Source of the DNA: Marsupella aquatica
Taxonomy: Eukaryota > Plantae > Marchantiophyta
Direction of reading: 5' to 3'
NCBI GenBank assembly: GCA_973895155.1
Contig: OZ316897.1
Location: 17,280,058 to 17,344,057 of the forward strand
DNA length: 64,000 bases
In this document: one piece after another, positions 60,331-64,000 of the stretch
How positions within the stretch are numbered: the stretch's first letter is position 1
Layout of the letters: every line of letters begins with the position of its first letter
The notes under the pieces: model-generated
What the model was told of the DNA's origin: nothing
The model's input: the letters and a program-made list of their open reading frames with translations, nothing else
Databases searched by the model: none
Program-made: the position numbers and the translations under genes

Positions 60331-61179
60331 GTTGACTACTTAGTTGCTGCAGGAGTACTTTTGGGCACGCTCTCTTCATTATTGAGCACTGAGAGTGAGG
60401 GACCTATTTGGTGCTGTATATATCACCACTAGCCCATGACAAAATTTGGATTCACCATGTTTCATCATAAATAGTATTCTTTTTCCTGAAATTGTGGAGC
60501 TAAAAGGGAGGACAGAGGAGACTCTTTTCCTGAAATTGTGGAGCTAATTGGCAGGCAGAGGAAAATAATGTGAAAAGAGAGAAATCTTGGACACGTACTC
60601 CTTTTAGTCCACTAGTGGGGTGCTAGTGGGGGTTTAAGGGAGAGATATACTTGATGGTCCCTTCGTCGGTTATTTCATCAGTCACTCACAGGGGTCTCAG
60701 GAGAGGAACACACGCACGATGAATTGAAGCAGCTGCAGTGGTTCCTTCTGAGGAGCCAGGCATGGAACTGGTCGGACTTACTGTAGATGCCTCATACATG
60801 GCAGCCAGATGTTGAAAGAAATTGCCGATGGAACAATGCAGCCGTGATATTTGTTCTGAAGGAAAGGGGAGCCAGCTGCAGGCTTTTTCAATCCTCGTCT
60901 GAGCTCACCTGATCCTCCTGAGTGAGTTGATCCTGACATAACCACCTCTGCTGAATAATGTCTTTTTGGCCCAGATCAGCAAAAACCTATTGGCTATTGT
61001 TCTATAGAATCCCTGCAGCACAGCCTGCCTCCCTGGTTGGCTGCCTGGTGCAACAATTTGATCGAAAGCGATCAAGCCCATACGAGGCACGAACGGCTAG
61101 TTTGATTGTTGATAAACTAAGAGCACACAATAACTCTAGGAAACGAATACCAATCGCGTGAACTGCAAAGGCTGTGTGA

Positions 61180-61565
61180 TTTCGAGATCTGTTCGATCAC
61201 AGATGGGCTGCTGCCGCCGGCCTGGGTAAAACGGAAGCGAGCAGTTGGATGGCGGCCAGGAAGCGCGAGACCACCGCCACCACCAGAGGGTGACACACAC
61301 GAACTATAGAAACTCAATTTCTATACATACGTGACTCCAAGGCGCAAAACGAATTGAATGTAACTCGACGAAACGTACACCATGGAGTGAAATGGAAAGG
61401 CTGTCAGCTTTCGAGACCTGCTGCCGCCGGCCTGGGCCAAACGGAAGCGAACAATTGCCAAACGGAAGCGAACAATTGCATGGCAGGAAAAGCGAGACCA
61501 CCACCACCACCACCACCGAAGGGTAGGACGCATGAATTATGGAAACTCAATTTCTATACATACGA
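61180..61565. repeat. Imperfect direct duplication of a ~130-160-bp GC-rich block
   Basis: ctgctgccgccggcctggg..aaacggaagcga.ca.ttg.atggc...ggaa...gcgagaccacc.ccaccacc...gggt...gaa.tat.gaaactcaatttctatacatacg x2. Confidence 0.75.
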
Positions 61566-63530
61566 GCCGTCCGCAAAAACCACTTGAATGCGAAGTTAAA
61601 GAACTACAGTAGCCTGACTGCCAGTTCGCAAATCGAGGTGGACAGAAAGGATTTTACAAAATAGGATTTGATTTTTTCAACCTTTCACTTTCTAGTGACT
61701 TGCCCCCATTTTCTTCCTGTTTTCCGTCTCTTGCTCACCTGTAGTTATGTCCATACAGTTACAGTCTAGAGATTTCAGACAATACTTGTCACAAGGCCCA
61801 ATTTCCATTCTTTGAATATTAATGTAAATGATGACAAATCATCATGCATGATACATAGTGACCCATCCTTCTTTCTATCCACATAAGTTTTGGTATTAGA
61901 GTCAACGTCTAGAGGCTTCACTCTTGAAACCTAGACCCCAATTTGAGTATGTTCATTATTTGTATATCATGTAGAGTAACTTAGTTAATTGCTAGAGAAG
62001 CCTTTTTGCAGATCAAAGTGACTATATATACTATGTAGAGTAACTTAGTTTAAATACTTTCCGGTAATTGCTCATCAGACTTTATATATCATGCAGAGTA
62101 ACTTAGTTTACTTGTTAGAGAATCCTTTCCAGTAAATGCACATCAAAATGCCACATCCCTGGCCACATAGGGTATATTCAATGTAGTGCGGCAAGTGCGT
62201 TGGATGGATTTTCCAATACCACAATAAATTATGTTGCAAGTGAGTTGGATGGATTTACAATACCACAATAAATTATGTTGTTTTAATTTGTGCCCACATA
62301 CTGGTTGGGTGGATTTTTCCCTACCACAATAATTCAGATTATTGTTATATCATTGAGTGTTGTTCCTTCTATGTTAGTATCTGGCTGCTACTATTTGATG
62401 TGCAATAACTGGGACATTAAGCAAGGCTTCTTATCTTCAAACTTCAATGAGCTTAGTACTAGATTTGAGTAGCTCCAACTAGTGCAAAGGGCACCCCCGT
62501 CCATTAAACTAGCTACTTCCAACTGTCATTCTCAATCATGGCAGTTGATGGCAAACAACTTGTTGTGTAATCTCCCAGAGTTGGTGCCTCAAATGAAAAG
62601 TTGGTATAGAACCAGACAATGTTAGTATACACAACCATCAGACCGGCCACCAGACTAGAGCTAGCCACGATCAGTAGATGGATCTCAAGTACAAAGGATC
62701 GAGTGCGTGAAATTATCCTATGACTAGAGTGTTTGTCTAGACAAAGTATTGCAAGCCCATGCTAACCAATGAAGTTGAAGTAAAGTTCCCCATATGAATT
62801 CCAAATGCCAAGTTCTTTTGGAGTCGTTACTGTGGACTTAGTTGGGATACTTTGCTTCAACTTCATTTGGACATCAAAGTTATTAAACAGATGACTTAGT
62901 CTTGACTTTTCTGGTTTTGGTAAACTGATCATCAGCCATAGTTGGCAGGACAGCTTAGTATATATAGTGGTTGATTAAAGTACATCATGTTTCACTAGAC
63001 AAATAATGCAAGTTAATTTGGGAATCCGAACCATGGACAAGATTTCATTGGGAAGTTCATAGGAACAGTCAAATAAGAGTTTTAAGAGTATTGATGATTC
63101 TAAAAATAAATTATTCTACTGTTCTCGATGAATGTGCCCCCATCACAATCGATTAGAAGCAGGAATCTCCATCAAGTAACGCCTTTCCAGGAAATGAATT
63201 CGCATCTAGACCCATGCATGCTCGACTTTGTTTTTGGCTCGAAATTAGTTCATCAGCAAGAGATCTGGAATGCATCCATGCCACATTTTATCATCCAACC
63301 TTAGACATTCTCTAGCTGTGTATTCCAGTAGACTTTTATCCCTTCCAACATGAGTTTGGACTAAAGCTATGATACGAAATCAATGCTGGCAACTGTGCTG
63401 TGGAAATTTGCAACTGAAGGCACCATGTCAAACTTTTATCGTAATTCAACCTTTTCCATTGTCCAGATGTATGTGTACTAGCCTGACTGTCCAGTTCTTT
63501 CAGTGTAAGGAGAGATGAGTACTTCAAGCT

Positions 63531-63648
63531 AATTTTGTTTGACTTGGAACTTGAGTCAGTGACTCCACGTTGTCAGAGACAATCCCATTTCAGGGTGAGT
63601 CTCTGAAAATGTGGAGTCACTGACTCAAGTTCCAAGTCAAACAAAATT
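63531..63648. repeat. Near-perfect 118-nt hairpin (38-bp perfect stem plus extension)
   Basis: aattttgtttgacttggaacttgagtcagtgactccac is the exact reverse complement of gtggagtcactgactcaagttccaagtcaaacaaaatt; inner stem tcagagac/gtctctga. Confidence 0.9.
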
Positions 63649-64000
63649 CACATAGCAATTATATTAACATTAAAATTCAACACAAATTGATCGGTTCCAA
63701 CGTGAGTCTGGAGTAAATTAAGCAATCGAAAACTGGTGATGTCAAGCCTGCTGATAGTCCACACAAGGCGTGAGTCAACAACATTGCAGTCGACATTTTA
63801 CATATCGAAGTCCACTAAAGCAGAGATGACGACTGCAATGGAGTGAACCTTCATCTATATAGCTTGCGTGACCTCACCCACTCAGAGACTAGAGCAAGCT
63901 ACAAAGAATAATTATCTACATCCGCCGGCATCGCGTCGTTGCGGCGGCTCTGGAGGGTGATCTAGAATCGGAGCAAGTGTACCTCGAAAGAGGTTACTGA

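Noticed and set aside
62400-63530. Possible decayed coding remnant (e.g. LSGSIP on the - strand)
   Set aside because: Multiple stops in the frames I translated and only one short motif; not supportable without a database search.

Overview
Eukaryotic, intron-rich land-plant genomic DNA. The gene complement and architecture look non-seed-plant/bryophyte-like (inference only). Seven protein-coding genes can be reconstructed by hand with consistent splice phases: (1) 3' end of a plant BRD7/9-like bromodomain protein (+); (2) an AT3G52170-like helical domain + multi-RRM protein (-); (3) a VOC/glyoxalase-like protein (+); (4) a plastid CGFS monothiol glutaredoxin (-); (5) a PPR-SMR protein (+); (6) a 120-aa secreted peptide precursor ending in DYVREY (+); (7) a 10-exon, ~1025-aa gene encoding TWO N-terminally shortened malic-enzyme units, each with the full catalytic core, fused head-to-tail, with the junction inside one exon and a U12-type AT-AC intron in unit 1 only (-). 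Intergenic DNA holds two solo LTRs of one family (each with its own 5-bp TSD), a tRNA-derived SINE family (one copy with a 14-bp TSD), long hairpins, and several dispersed and tandem repeats. The tandem malic enzyme and the phytosulfokine-like precursor are the most interesting candidates for undescribed biology.
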